Assembly (NCBI GenBank): GCA_965287045.1
Contig: OZ336878.1
Span: forward strand, 42,966,001-43,030,000
DNA length: 64,000 nt
Source of the DNA: Carcharhinus amblyrhynchos
Taxonomy: Eukaryota
Direction of reading: 5' to 3'
Below are positions 21,501 to 34,149 of the stretch, piece after piece. The notes under the pieces are model-generated. The model saw nothing but the letters and a program-made list of their open reading frames with translations. It made no database searches and had not been told where the DNA came from. Within the stretch, counting starts at the first letter, position 1. The number at the start of each line of letters is the position of its first letter. A program made the translations under genes and the position numbers.

Positions 21501-23847
21501 AAACTTTTTCTTTCACTTTTAAGTTCGAGTCGCAGTTTATAAAGTTTTAAAGTTGCGTTTCGTGCAAAGACCCCACAGCTCTTATTTATTACTGCCCAAT
21601 AATTGGCGACCTTGTATTCAAGGCGGCGAATCGAGGATTTTAGACTCCGATAATTCGCTTGTTACCTAGTGCGAAATGTTGCGAATTCATTCGAACTTCC
21701 TCACATTCACGAATCAATCTATCTCACCGATCTGCAGTATCTGCATTATTTAAAGCTGTTTTGTAGAGCGTTGTTTAGGCAGCTTCGCAGTTTCAACTGT
21801 TAATTTCACTTGTAATGTTACACATTTTAACTTTCACTGAACGAGGCAACAGCGCGTCATAAAAGTTTTAATCGCCGCTCGACTGCAATAACTGCCTGAA
21901 ACATATTCTGCCATTATTTGTCACGTGCAAAATTGAACAGGTTCGATTTCAAAATGATATATTTCTATTGTATCCAAATTTGAGCCCAGATTACAGCTCA
22001 GGGCTTTATTTGCTACAGTCGAGCACCTGCGCCGTTATATCTCCTTAAAATAAATTATTTATGACAGGAGTTCTAACAATGTTTTAATTGCTTGCGCAAT
22101 TTTACCGTTTGAAGAGTTGATACAGTTTCTTCTAAGAATGCCTCTAGTTCCTCCACTTTCGATATAAGTAATTAAAAATTGACATTTAAACAATTCAGTT
22201 CTTTCAAAGTGCAGGCAAATTGTGAAATTATTTGTGTAAGCAAAAAGTTAACCATTTCTGCGCACGCACAATTCCACGAAGGACTGCGATATCAGGACAT
22301 GCTATGAAGAAGCCAACTATCTTGGAATTTCTCTCTCCATTAATTAAAAAATAGACACCAACTTGACAAGGGAATCCTGGACTAAACGGAGGCCAAATAT
22401 ATCTGCATTATTATTTGCAGCTTCTGGAGCTGCCGAAACACGGAATGCATCATTTTAGTTTTGTTTTTACACGGGACAATTCTTAAAAATAAGGGAAAAC
22501 GCGTTTTTGCTAATTATGTATCAAACGCAAAGAATTCAATTATAAATCATTCTCAAATTATACCTCAGATAGTCAGATTGGATTCCACTTATTTCATGCC
22601 TAACTTTAACATACGTGGTATTATTGACATTTCCAGCAACTAGTTCCCCAAAATGAAATATCTTCGTCTCTTTCAGGACATTGTAGCACTCGCAAAATTA
22701 ACTAGTGATTCCCCTGTCGATATGGTGGGGTTTGTCAATGAGTTAAATACCACAAATAAATGTAAATTACATTTTAAAAAATCACCAGATTTATTTGAGA
22801 CTGTATATTCAACATTTTTAACACAGGGACAATATGATCGATTGGAAATATATTACAAGCGAATGTTTCTCCTTTATTATTCTTATTTGGAAATTAATAA
22901 TGTAGCAAATGTAACAATCCAGAAAGCAAGTTAAGTTATTGATCTATTTTTGCTAATTAACTATTAACGATATGAAACATACTTTAAATTAAATCAATAA
23001 GATATGTCCATTTTTTGTTTATATTTTGTGGGGAGTGAGAGTTTGAACATTGGATAATTAGATCTGAATTTATTATGTATACGAATACGTTGAATATTTT
23101 TTAAAAACTAACTCATATTAAATCTGTAATGTCATCTACCATGACTTGTTTATTTAGAAAATTGATTAAGTAATCACTGCTCACCAGTAGCGATACATGA
23201 TTACAGGGTACATCGACACTGGCTATATTTACATCTGTTTCACAATGAATAATACTCGGAACTGGCACTTTTATCACACCTTTATCGATAATACCTCCTT
23301 TTAATTTCACTAGTTAAAAAAACAAACGCACACTTTTAAAACTCTGGGTATAATTCGTGACTTGGTGTGCTATATAAATTCCAATATTTATTTATTTGAT
23401 AGTTTACGCAGTTTCTCCGTGTTACATGCTTGAAAGTCTTCATGACAGCACAGTCATTTCTAGCCCTGTTTGTCTTTTCAGAATGAACTCGTGCTTAAAA
23501 AATAACAGTTTCAGAAGTGGACGACGAAACGACGGTTGAATATTAATCACCCAATTCAAAATACGATCAAGTTGTCATTACTTTTTTGTGTGTAACTAAT
23601 CAAGAGGGCATTACATGACTACAGATAACATAAAAACAGAGGTATAGTTTAAAAGATAATTAAGATATTTATTCATATACAATACATGATACAATATCGA
23701 GTATAAGTATCAGGGCCGCATAATAAGCTGGATGAACGCATTTTAAATAAGCAAACATTATCCTAACGTGATTATGCAGATTTACATAATATTCCAAAAT
23801 TGGGATGAGCGACTGAAAAATCCTACCTATGGCATGAATACTTTGAG

Positions 23848-23897
23848 TAAAAAGTCTGACAACACCAGGTTTTAGTCCAACCGATTTATATCCACAT
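23848..23897. mobile_element. Collapsed Penelope-like element remnant (50 bp) with a 15-bp target duplication
   Basis: taaaaagtctgacaacaccaggttttagtccaac resembles the left arm of the 59261 element, and tccacat matches its 3' end. Flanked by catgaatactttgag at 23833-23847 and 23898-23912. Confidence 0.75.
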
Positions 23898-26800
23898 CAT
23901 GAATACTTTGAGCCAGGTTCTTTATGACAAACTGGGAGACAATGAACAATTGAGAAACCACCTCAAAAAGTGCAATAGCAAAAAGATTTAAGGTGTATGT
24001 TTTTGATTGTAAAACATACCCCTTTCAGAAATATGCAAAAACATGTTGTTTAAACATTTGTTTATTCAGAAATATGTGTGAAATAAATTAGTTTATATTT
24101 GCTGTGAGCAATTTGAAGGTTGCAGCTTCAGGACAAGGCGCAACTTTGGAGCTTTTGGGAAAAGTTAGTGTTCAATATATATGCCCACATATATCTTAAC
24201 TTTGGCAAGTTTGTAATGATATTTCTAAAAGTTACGCAAAAAAGGCAGGTCAAATATTATGATGCTCAAAGATGCTCGTTTTGTAAAAAGACACAGTAAT
24301 CTCTCATTGGTAGTCTAAAATATGCAGCTTCGCACTCAATTCAAATATTTACTTAAAGTAAGTACAAATAATAATAGGTACCGAAGTTAACCAGGAAATC
24401 AACAACTGAGTTGAAGTTTTTGATACTTGTTTGACTCGTTATATTTTTGTAACACTATCAGAATGAAAATTAACTCCATTTGGACTACACATTTTAATTC
24501 ATTGATTAAGAGGGATGAGCGGATTCTCCGGGCAATGTTTTTGTCCGCAGTACTATTGGCATCGCATTTTTCATTACTGGCATTATTATTGATGAATTAT
24601 TCATTATCCATTTTGGCGCTGTGTCCTCTATTCATTTTCTCTATTTTCTTGGAACATGAATTATTAAAAATAAGACTATCAAATCGAACGTATTAATCTC
24701 TAAATCCATGTTTACAATTAAATTAAACGAGAAACTCGATGCTTCCAAGTTAAGTTAGATTACTGAATTCCTTCGTAATTCTAGTTCATGATTTCTTTAT
24801 TTGAATGTTAGTCATGTACTTGAAGGTGAAAAGTTCCCAAACTGCAGATTAGCTCGTGATTGCCATTAAATTGATCATTTTAATGCCATTATTCCCTCTT
24901 TCCTCCACGCTACACGGCTAACATTGGAAAAGTGTTAACAATTACAGTCCAACTGACTGTACCGTAATTAGGTATTAAGTAACTCTTTCATTGCGGGAAC
25001 AAGATTTTTTTTGGTTTCTTTTATGCACGAAACGAAATGCAAACTAATGTAGCCAATAAACTGAAATCAGAAGCTAAGGTAGTATTCGAAACAAATTAGA
25101 TAGGATTTAATTGACGACGGATTTTATGTATTTCTCGAAGTAAGTTGCAGAATAGGACGACAGAAGAACGTACTGGGCAAATTGGCAGGAAGTCGTTAAA
25201 CGCTATATTCCTTTTTTTCTAAAAATAGTCAGATAACAGACAAATGACATCGAATATTTTAAACAAATATCATCAAATATAAATAAGATTTTGCATTGTG
25301 AGATCAGATCCCTAGAGTAAACACGTTTCCGATATAATCATTTATTGTTGAATGTTTTCATTAAACGCATTCCGATGACTGATACAGCCAGCCCCACAAT
25401 TGGATACCGTCGAATTAAATCGCAGGTTGAGACGAATTTTTCACCGGTTGGTGGAAATAAATATTTCCCCATGTTTACAGCAAAAACAATGCAACGAAAC
25501 GAATACAAAATAAACAACGAAAACATCAAGTTAACACGCAGAATAATGAACAGATGACAACAAACGAAATGGTTAAAACCATGAAACATCATATCCATTT
25601 TGACTTTGCTCTTTTCAGGCTATGATGCTTATATATAATTTGTCTTTAAAAATTAGGCAAAAATTATTGTAGCATAATATAGTTTGTAAGTTATTTTGTT
25701 AAAGTACGTCGTTTAAATTTTTGCCAAACCGTGTAGTGTTATACATGTTATAATAGTCTGCAGGAAATATTGTTGACAAATCGAAATATTTAACTATCTT
25801 ATCAATGAAATATTGATATTTGCTTTGGGAAACCAGTTGCTTTGGGGAAAATAAAGGAGCACCAATTGCAATACAAGTCATCATAACCGAAAGGTTTGCT
25901 TTGCAAAACTTGCATTTTAGAAAAGATTAAATCAAATTGCATCACGTAACTAAAACGGCAAGCACGAAATATTATGATATAAAGCGTCATAATGCTTTAA
26001 ATAAGTGAGTTGTGTGCTAATTTGAAGATTAAACAGAATTTTTAAATGGGTTGATAATATGCATGCTATCCACTCAAATATATCCGGCCACGTTAATCAA
26101 ACTCTATTGAAACTGGACCAAATATGTTCAATAATAAAATACAGTACCCTCGATATTTGTTTTAAGCCCATGATATTTGGAATTGTCTCCTATTTTATGT
26201 GATTACAATTACGTTGATGTTAAAACTGAGGTCATCTTTGCATGTTGTTTCTTAATATTCCCTTTTTAAAAAATCCAACACACATATGTGCATTTGTAAA
26301 ACTTCTGTCAAACAGAAATCCAAGTAATGGAGGAATATTTCAGACCACTAGACAACGGCGACTTTACTGGAATTTATTTGTGTAACGCGCAGTTTGTGCT
26401 ATTTGTTGACTTGCTACTAATGACCCGAATTCATCGGCTTCTTTATGAGATTTAAATGTCACCCTTCTCACGTTTGACAGAAGAAATGCCCACGTTAAAA
26501 ATGTGGCTCTGCCACGTTGTGTCCACAAAATGCAAGCCTGCGATTTTAACTTGCTTAACACCGTCAGCATCAATAATTAACATTTCAGCGACACCCCTTA
26601 ATAAGTAATCTAGTAAAATAACTCCCTGAACACTAGGTGTACCTATTGATAAATTTATCCGCACCTGAGATTTTCTTGGGTAATTTAGTTCAGCCTGATA
26701 TAACATTGTTTCGGTCATCGATTTAAAGGCGACTTTACAAAAATAAATCAACAGTCGGATTGCATTAGCAACATGGCCAGAGATTGAAATTAAAATACAC

Positions 26801-27714
26801 TTATAAATGTTGATTGTATCCCTTAGGTAAGTAAAGAAAGAATATATGCTAAAAGATATCGAATAGGATAGAAATGACAAACTGGTGTTAAGGTGACCTA
26901 TCTGGAATAATGGATGGAAACAGGTTGTATGAGGCAAATAGTCTGAATTAACGGTATATTTTAAACAGAGCGTATGGTCAATACACATTGTAAACTACTC
27001 TCAATATTAAATATAGGGCATATCCTAAAATACCTTAAATCATAGAATCTGTGATATCCTAAAATACCTTAAATTGTAGATACACATGTGCTACATGCAA
27101 AATATCACTCATTGGCTGCAATTAATGGTACACAAATCTTTGAAATTATGAATATAGACTGCTAGATAATAAAATCACTTTATATCGATTCAATATAAAT
27201 GCCCCAATTTCTCAGTTTTCTGTTTCTTCCGCTGCAGAGAATAAATAACTTAATTTATTTATATTTGAGTATCTGACTTCACACTTTATTATGTTTCTGT
27301 TTGCGTTTGTGATAGAATGATACCCTGTAAGTTTTGTGGGTGGTTGATCGGAGATTATCTATCATGCTGGATATTTATTGATAAAAATGAGAAATTATGC
27401 GTTTTCTTCAAAGTTTTAATTGTTTTATTTCCAGTCAATGAAGATTACTCTGTAGGCAAAGATAGCATGCCTGTGACAATTCGCGATTTTAACTTCGGGT
27501 AGTGGCAGTAAGTGGGATCAGTAAAATTGTTCGAAGACTTGTCACTAACACGGGAGTCAGAGCGCCACGAAGAGGCAGAGACAACTCGCGCTACAGGTAC
27601 AGGATCTTGGTATTTTATGCATGCATTGGAGTGCATGGTGGGAGGTGTGTGTGGTGAGGGGAGGGGGGGGAGGAAGAATGAGCATACCTCGGTTTCTGAG
27701 CACGTTTATGTCTG

Positions 27715-27885
27715 CAACAGTGAGTGAGTGTACGTGGGAGGAATAATGTACTCATGTGTGCGAGGCAGTGTGTGTGTATGTGTGTGTGTGTGTGAATGCA
27801 AGAATATGCCTGTGTCAGGAGTGCATACATGTTTGCTTCTGTGTCTTGGAGGAAGGGCTTGCAGTGTGTGTATGTGTATGAGATA
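27715..27885. repeat. (GT)n-rich low-complexity tract
   Basis: gtgtgtgtgtatgtgtgtgtgtgtgtg at about 27768-27794 with degenerate flanks. Confidence 0.8.
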
Positions 27886-28389
27886 AATGTAAACGATTGA
27901 AAATCTTGTCAATGTTAGCAGTATTCGTGTTGTGAGCCCTGCCCTCGTGTTCACGGGAGAATGCATTTTTAGGAATGTTTGATTGTAGGAGAGTGAAATA
28001 ATTCCTACAGGTTTGACAAGTTAAATGAAAGTGACAACGCGCATATCAGCGAGAGCCACTTGAATGGATAAGTATTATTGAAGTGTGCATTGTAGTGCGA
28101 ATGTGTGTACTTGAATATGAATGAGTGGATCTCCATCTGCATGAATGAATATCCGAGAAGCGTGTGAGTTTAAATTGGCGAGTGATATTGTGGCTATCTT
28201 TGAAAGTTTAACGCAGTTGCAGGTTTCGGAGCAGTGTCTGAGTGGCGATGTGCGCGCTTGAATACACAAGCACACCCCTATCTCCTCTCTCTTTAATATT
28301 AAGAAAATAGGGGCGAGAGTGTCACTATCTCACATCCATATAAAACATATTCACTTCAAGCTTCTCAAATGATCGCAGATAGTTTCATT

Positions 28390-28696
28390 AATCAAAGAAT
28401 CAGTGCAGAGGGAGACCATTCGGCCTATCGAATCGGCACCGACTCACCAGCAGAACATCTTACCCAAGCCCAACCTCGCATATTTACCCCACTAATCCCC
28501 AAACATCTTGGGACACTAGGGGGCAATTGAGCATGGCCAGTGCACCTAACCGGCACATCTTTGATCTGTGGGAGGAAACGGAACACGCAGGGTAAACTCA
28601 CGCACGGGGAGAACGTGCAAACTCGTCACAGTCTCCCAAGACCGGAATTGATCCCGGGTCCCTGGTGCTGTGAGACAACAGTGTGCCACCGTGCTG
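28390..28696 (-). mobile_element. HE1-like tRNA-derived V-SINE
   Basis: Reverse complement gives cagcacggtggcacac...cagggacccgggatcaattccgg head, then the V-domain gagtttgcacgttctccccgtgcgtg...tttcctcccacag and a CR1-derived tail. Confidence 0.88.
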
Positions 28697-29339
28697 AAAT
28701 CTGATTCGGAATTGAGTTATACTGCCAGTTGTCTGCGACTGGACATCTTGGCAGAACAATGCGAGAGTTCTGTGTATGTGTGAGGTTCGTGCATCTAAAT
28801 TGGTGTTGTGAGTGCACGTCAGTGTATTTGCCCAAGGAAGTCCCATTATTGTGGGAGAAAGGCATTTATCATTGCATGGAAACCAAGTTTTGTGAGAGCT
28901 TCTCCAGAAAGTCCTCTTCACAAATGCTCCTTGATTAGTATAACTCCTGCCCAATAACAGAGCCCTGTTTTAAGATGTCTATCCAATGTTCATGCACTTC
29001 TTCTCAATGTTTGTTTTAAAGTTAGGAGAAATTGTGAGCTCCTGGCGACTCCTGACAACAAAATGAGCGAATGTTCAACCTTCCTTTATTATCACCTCAA
29101 CCTCACAGATGTCTATCGAATTGCAAGATGCCCACTTCACAGGACACCTGTTAGCTGCAGATGCATAAGTATTTCTGAACGTGGATGTGACTAAGTGTTA
29201 GTACTCGTGAGTCAACGCTGGTGTAAGCCTCCCATTCACGTCATTCCAGAACAATACATCTAGTTACTGTCAGCATGACTGTATTCATAACACAATTCTT
29301 TTGATGGTAGGGAGCATTTTAACACTGTATTTTGATGAT

Positions 29340-29440
29340 GGGCCTACATTATAACAACCACTACACTTCAAAAGTACTGTAAATCGCCTGGAGACGTGAC
29401 AAGGCCTTGAAAGGCCTTATATAAGTGCGAGTTTTCTTTT
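29340..29440 (+). mobile_element. DeuSINE-type 3' tail fragment
   Basis: cctacattataacaaccactacacttcaaaagtac...gaaaggccttatataagtgc. Related pieces at about 32285-32350 (+), 38110-38195 (-) and 54632-54860 (-). Confidence 0.6.
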
Positions 29441-29682
29441 TGTTTTGGTTGTCGACAAAGTAAACTTTCGCTCCGTTGTTACTGATAACAGTACAATGCA
29501 CAGATAAGCGTCATGTTGACCTGGCCTGATTGCACCGGACTAGATAGACCATGCCATTTCCTGCTTGTATGTTGGTGAATTGTTAGTTAACAGACACACT
29601 CCAGAAGCTATCAAGGCATTTCTCGGCAACCTCTCTAATAGCACATTTTATTCTAAAATGGTACATTTAATTCAGAAATAAA

Positions 29683-29880
29683 TGTGGAACCAATTGCCTG
29701 AAAAAGTGATGGAAGCAGAAACCCTCACATTAAAAAAAAACTATTTAGATGTGCAGTTTAAGTGCTGGGTTATGGATCAAGGATTTGATAGTGGGATTAA
29801 GCTGGGTAACTCTTTTCCCGCCAAAAAAAGGAAGAATGGAATGAGCTCCTTTCGTGCCGTAAATTTTCTACGATTCTATA
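29683..29880 (+). mobile_element. CR1-type LINE 3' end fragment
   Basis: WNQLPEKVMEAETLTLKKNYLD is the typical CR1 ORF2 C-terminus; ends ttctacgattctat. Confidence 0.75.
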
Positions 29881-32744
29881 ATTTTCAATAAATTGAGGAT
29901 TCAACCCTCCCTCCAACTGCACCTCCGAACCACGCCGCCGCCCGGGAAAAAAAATCAATTGCCTAGATGTCCGCATCAAAACCGTCCTCCTTGCAAAGAG
30001 GAATATCCGACCTCTTCTGATGGATACAGTTCAGCTTTCCCAGGGCTGCCCAGTGTCTTAGGAGGAGAACTAAAATACTAAACAGACCTAGACACCAATA
30101 CAGAAAAATGCCAAAATAAGCAACACAGTCTTGCCAAAACTAGCAAAAAGAATGCCATCAACTAAACCATGACCTTATTATCAGTGAGACAAACCACGCT
30201 AACTTCTGCCTCTGGCCACACGTAATCTCACGGGCATTGGAAAGCTCGGGATCGTACTGAAACATTTAACTTTCCTCAATGAATTCTGCAGTTCCTGAAG
30301 TGAAACGGCCAACTTGCAGCGCTGGCGATCGTTCCAAGATTAGTAGGTTCTCCTTTATTATTTTATTAAAATAATATGTTTTGATAACACAATGGAGTTG
30401 GCAAAACCCGGTGACACTGCTAGCACATTAATTCTGGGCAACCAAAAGCGTTAAGTAAATATTCGATACAACAATATTTACATCAATAAACACAGAACAC
30501 ACACGAATTTATATAAATAGGCATGGGACTTGGCCGAAAAATTAGCCTAATAAATATACAAATACTCTGAACCAAATAAAGCAGAATGTAAGCAAAGTAT
30601 ATTAAATCGAGTTCACCCAGAATAAACTTGTCGCAAATTAGATTTAGATGGCTGTTGTTCTATCCTGCAATATACTAACTACATCGATATCTAATCATGC
30701 TTATGTAAATCATGCCATAACTAATACAATGATCACAGCTCTAAGCAAATAGTTTGTTTTCAATAATTAAACGTGTATTTTGCAATTGTCCAGGCCAAGC
30801 TGTATTCTGAGTTTTGGAACTTTTCCCTACTTGTCCGACACACTATTCTCTTACTCGTTTCAAAACGACAACTCTTCGGTAATGAATCGAGTGAACACGA
30901 ATATTTTCTAGGTAGATTTGATGTGTCACTTCTTATTCGTTACAATACAGAGAAGCAACAATATCATTTGCACTCTCACTAGGAACCTGTCCGAAGCCTC
31001 CATCGTTTCTCCAGCAAATTAATGTAAAAACACACTTTCCTAATATGTTGCATTAAGTCGTCCTGTCAATTAGACAACGTTGCGAAAGATAAGTTTTGCA
31101 GACTGTCCCAATGCTTTTAAATACAACGAAATCCCTAATGCATCACAATTTCGCCTTTGATACTAATACTATTGTTGCAAAATTGCTTACCGCAATGTAT
31201 AAATAATGCTTAGAACCATTAATGCAAATGTGTTTTATTTAGTCGGAATCCTTACTTTTTTAAATAATGGAACTCATCCCTTCCAACACTTTGAATATTG
31301 AGATAAGTTGCATGGACTAAACTCTGCCTCCTCTTTAATCATATTCGTGCATCAGGAAAAAATATGCGCATTAGCTGGTTAGGTACAAAGCTGAAGATAT
31401 GCTAAGGTATTATATTAACCTGCACTTTCTTTCCCTGAACAATTTGAAACTTGGAAATTCCCACTGTCACAATCCCACCCACTTCAAATGTGTTTCAAAC
31501 GGAGTTTGCATAATAAGATGGAGAAAGAGGAAGCAATGTAAGATTGCTGTGTGTTGTCAGACAGACAGTAGAGAGCGCTCTATCAACACTACTGTGAACT
31601 AGCTCTGCTACAGTGAATTCGCCATCTGGAAAACAGGCAGGCTCATGGGACATATGGTTTGGGATCAATGCAAACAACAAAAAAGAAATATATCCTGGCC
31701 TTTGTGACAGATTAAAAAAAAACTGACGTTTTGTTTAACTTATTCATCATCAGCTGTTTAACTTAAGTTGTTGATTTTGCAAAAAAAATAGCCATGGCAA
31801 ACAAATTGAATAATTTTCTTGGCCAAATTAAGCACGTGCATTCTAGCAATCAAACAGTACCTTGTTTTGAGAAAATTATTGATAGAAAGGAATTGACCAG
31901 TAGCAGAGCAGTTGAGTCATTCAGTTCAAGCCTCTATGCTTATGGTCAGAGGTAAAGAATGTGATATGTATACAGTACACTCACATGACTTATCATGGAG
32001 ATACAAGAGCTGGAGAACAAGGACTGTGAGTTTGACATAATAAGCACAGAAAACTCAGCAGTTTTTGGCCATCTAAGTCTTCAGGCATTGAAGGTAGATT
32101 TCTGGAAACAAAAATGGGAAAATAGAGAATTGAATATATTGATGTTGGATTGGTGCTGGTTCAATTATGAGGCCTGTTGTAAACCTATTTATCAAAACAC
32201 ATTTTTCAAAATATGTTTGCAAATTCTTTATTTAAACATTTTAAAAGGGATTTGTTTAAACTTTAATTAAAATCAATGTAGCTTTATACATAACAACAAC
32301 GACTACATTTCAAAGGTATGTTATTAGTTATAAAGTGCTTTGGGGTACCCTGAGCTCATGCATCCTGTCTGGTGCTTTGACACAGTTACATGGCAAAAGG
32401 GTTACTTCTCAACCACAAACACAAATGTCAGCAATTGGTGACAGTGGTCCCATTATGAGTCTAAGAGTATACCTTCAATCATTTACTCCATTATTGATTC
32501 AGTCTACTTATAATTAGGGGTGTGATATGTATGTATTCATAACTTTGCGTTTTGCCAGAAGTCACCATAATTGATGTATCTTAAACTTGAGAATGAGCTA
32601 AATTGAGCTAAACTGAGAATTAAGAATTGGGTTAAAATTCTACACTTAAATTTTTAATGTAGCTCCATTTTGGATTTTTGAAAAAATTAAATGTCTTCCA
32701 GAATAGCATGGTGCCTAGAAACAAATTTTATACAAAACTTGACC

Positions 32745-32842
32745 AAAAACTGGAAATATTGAAAAATCTCAGCAGGTCTGACAACATCTGTGGAGAAAGA
32801 ACAAAGCTAACATTTCGAGTCTGGCTGACCCTTCATCAGAGC
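32745..32842 (-). mobile_element. Penelope-like element terminal fragment
   Basis: gaaaaatctcagcaggtctgacaacatctgtggagaaagaacaaagctaacatttcgagtc...cttcatcagagc. Carries a hammerhead core on the minus strand. Confidence 0.7.
32806..32842 (-). ncRNA. Minimal type I hammerhead ribozyme motif (Penelope-associated)
   Basis: gct CTGATGA a GGGTC agcca GACTC GAAA tg TT agc: intact core boxes, 5-bp stem II, 3-bp stem I. Confidence 0.65.
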
Positions 32843-33178
32843 ATAAGACTTGTTTGTTTCCAGTTTGAAAGGGTGAAGTGACACCATCTCAAATCCAATA
32901 GCAACATCAATAATTTATTTCAGTACAATGCAAAGATTATTACTTTTATAAATCTATATTGTGATGGTAAATATCTACACAATGGAAATATAACTCTGGA
33001 CAAATATTCTGAGTGCAAATAATGTCCATTCTCCCTCCACCATTTCTTTCAGTTTATTATATAATCACCAAAATACTGACATTCAAATTTGTTTTCCTGT
33101 GAATAATAGAAATCACTCATACATATTGGTATATGTTTTGTCAACCATGATGTGCTATTTATAAAATTAAATAACAGG

Positions 33179-33925
33179 GGTTGGAATTCTCCCATTTTGA
33201 GACTAGGTCCTATGGCAGGACTTGTACAATGTGTCATGCTGTTGACAGGAAAACATAGCAAATCTTCCAGCGCAAACTTATTAATTATGAACCCAGGTGC
33301 TTTTTACCATACTTCATGTGAGGCAGAAGGGATCACATGTAGTCTACGATCCTACCTGGGCGCCATTATGAAAAGGCACCCAACATCACTGACCCACTAT
33401 TGAAGAAAAAAATTGGATCTGAAAATGAAGATAGATCTTCAGGTGTACTCTGCGGCTAGAAGATGGACAACCTGAGAGAAAAGATAAATCTCCAGGAACA
33501 TTCCGAATCTGGAAGTTGGGCCCCCTGCAAGACCCCTAATCTGGAAGGTCCACATGAAGACGCTTCTCTGATCCACTGAGCTGGTGTTCTGGAATCTATG
33601 GTTGCTGTCGGCCTCCATCTGGAACTCCAGAGGCAGCCTCTTACATTGTTCGGATGAGTCCCTATATTGTTCCAGATGTGTTTCATGTCAGTGTGTTTTC
33701 CCAGCAACATTGTGCAGAATCAGGCAAATGGTGTTGGGTCTTCATCTGCATCCCATTAATGGAATGCAAGTTGGTTTCACATCGGTCTCTGGCAACTTTT
33801 CAGAACCAGCGGAACATCCTGCTGTAAATTCATGCGGTGTAAAAATGATTTTTGGGTCTCACACCATATTCTCCCCCAGCTCTTGCTATCAAACTCGCCG
33901 GTGGGGGTGTGGGAGAATTCCATCC
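33179..33925. mobile_element. Non-autonomous DNA transposon (MITE-like, possibly PIF/Harbinger group)
   Basis: Terminal inverted repeats GGTTGGAATTCTCCCA (33179-33194) and TGGGAGAATTCCATCC (33910-33925), 15 of 16 matching. Confidence 0.7.
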
Positions 33926-34149
33926 AGTGTCTCAGTACTCAACCAAGTCTAAATCTGAATTTAGCAGTGAAACCTTTTCAATACTATTTGGAGTTTGGGA
34001 ATTGAAACTTTCTTATTTTGCAAGCAGTCTTGATTTCTCTCTCTCTGCTGTTGGTTCCAAATCTATTGATTATCAACTTATTGTACTCCTTTTAACTTCC
34101 TAAACTTATCCCTGTTTATGCCTTTTCAATTCCTAATGGGTCTTTTCAT

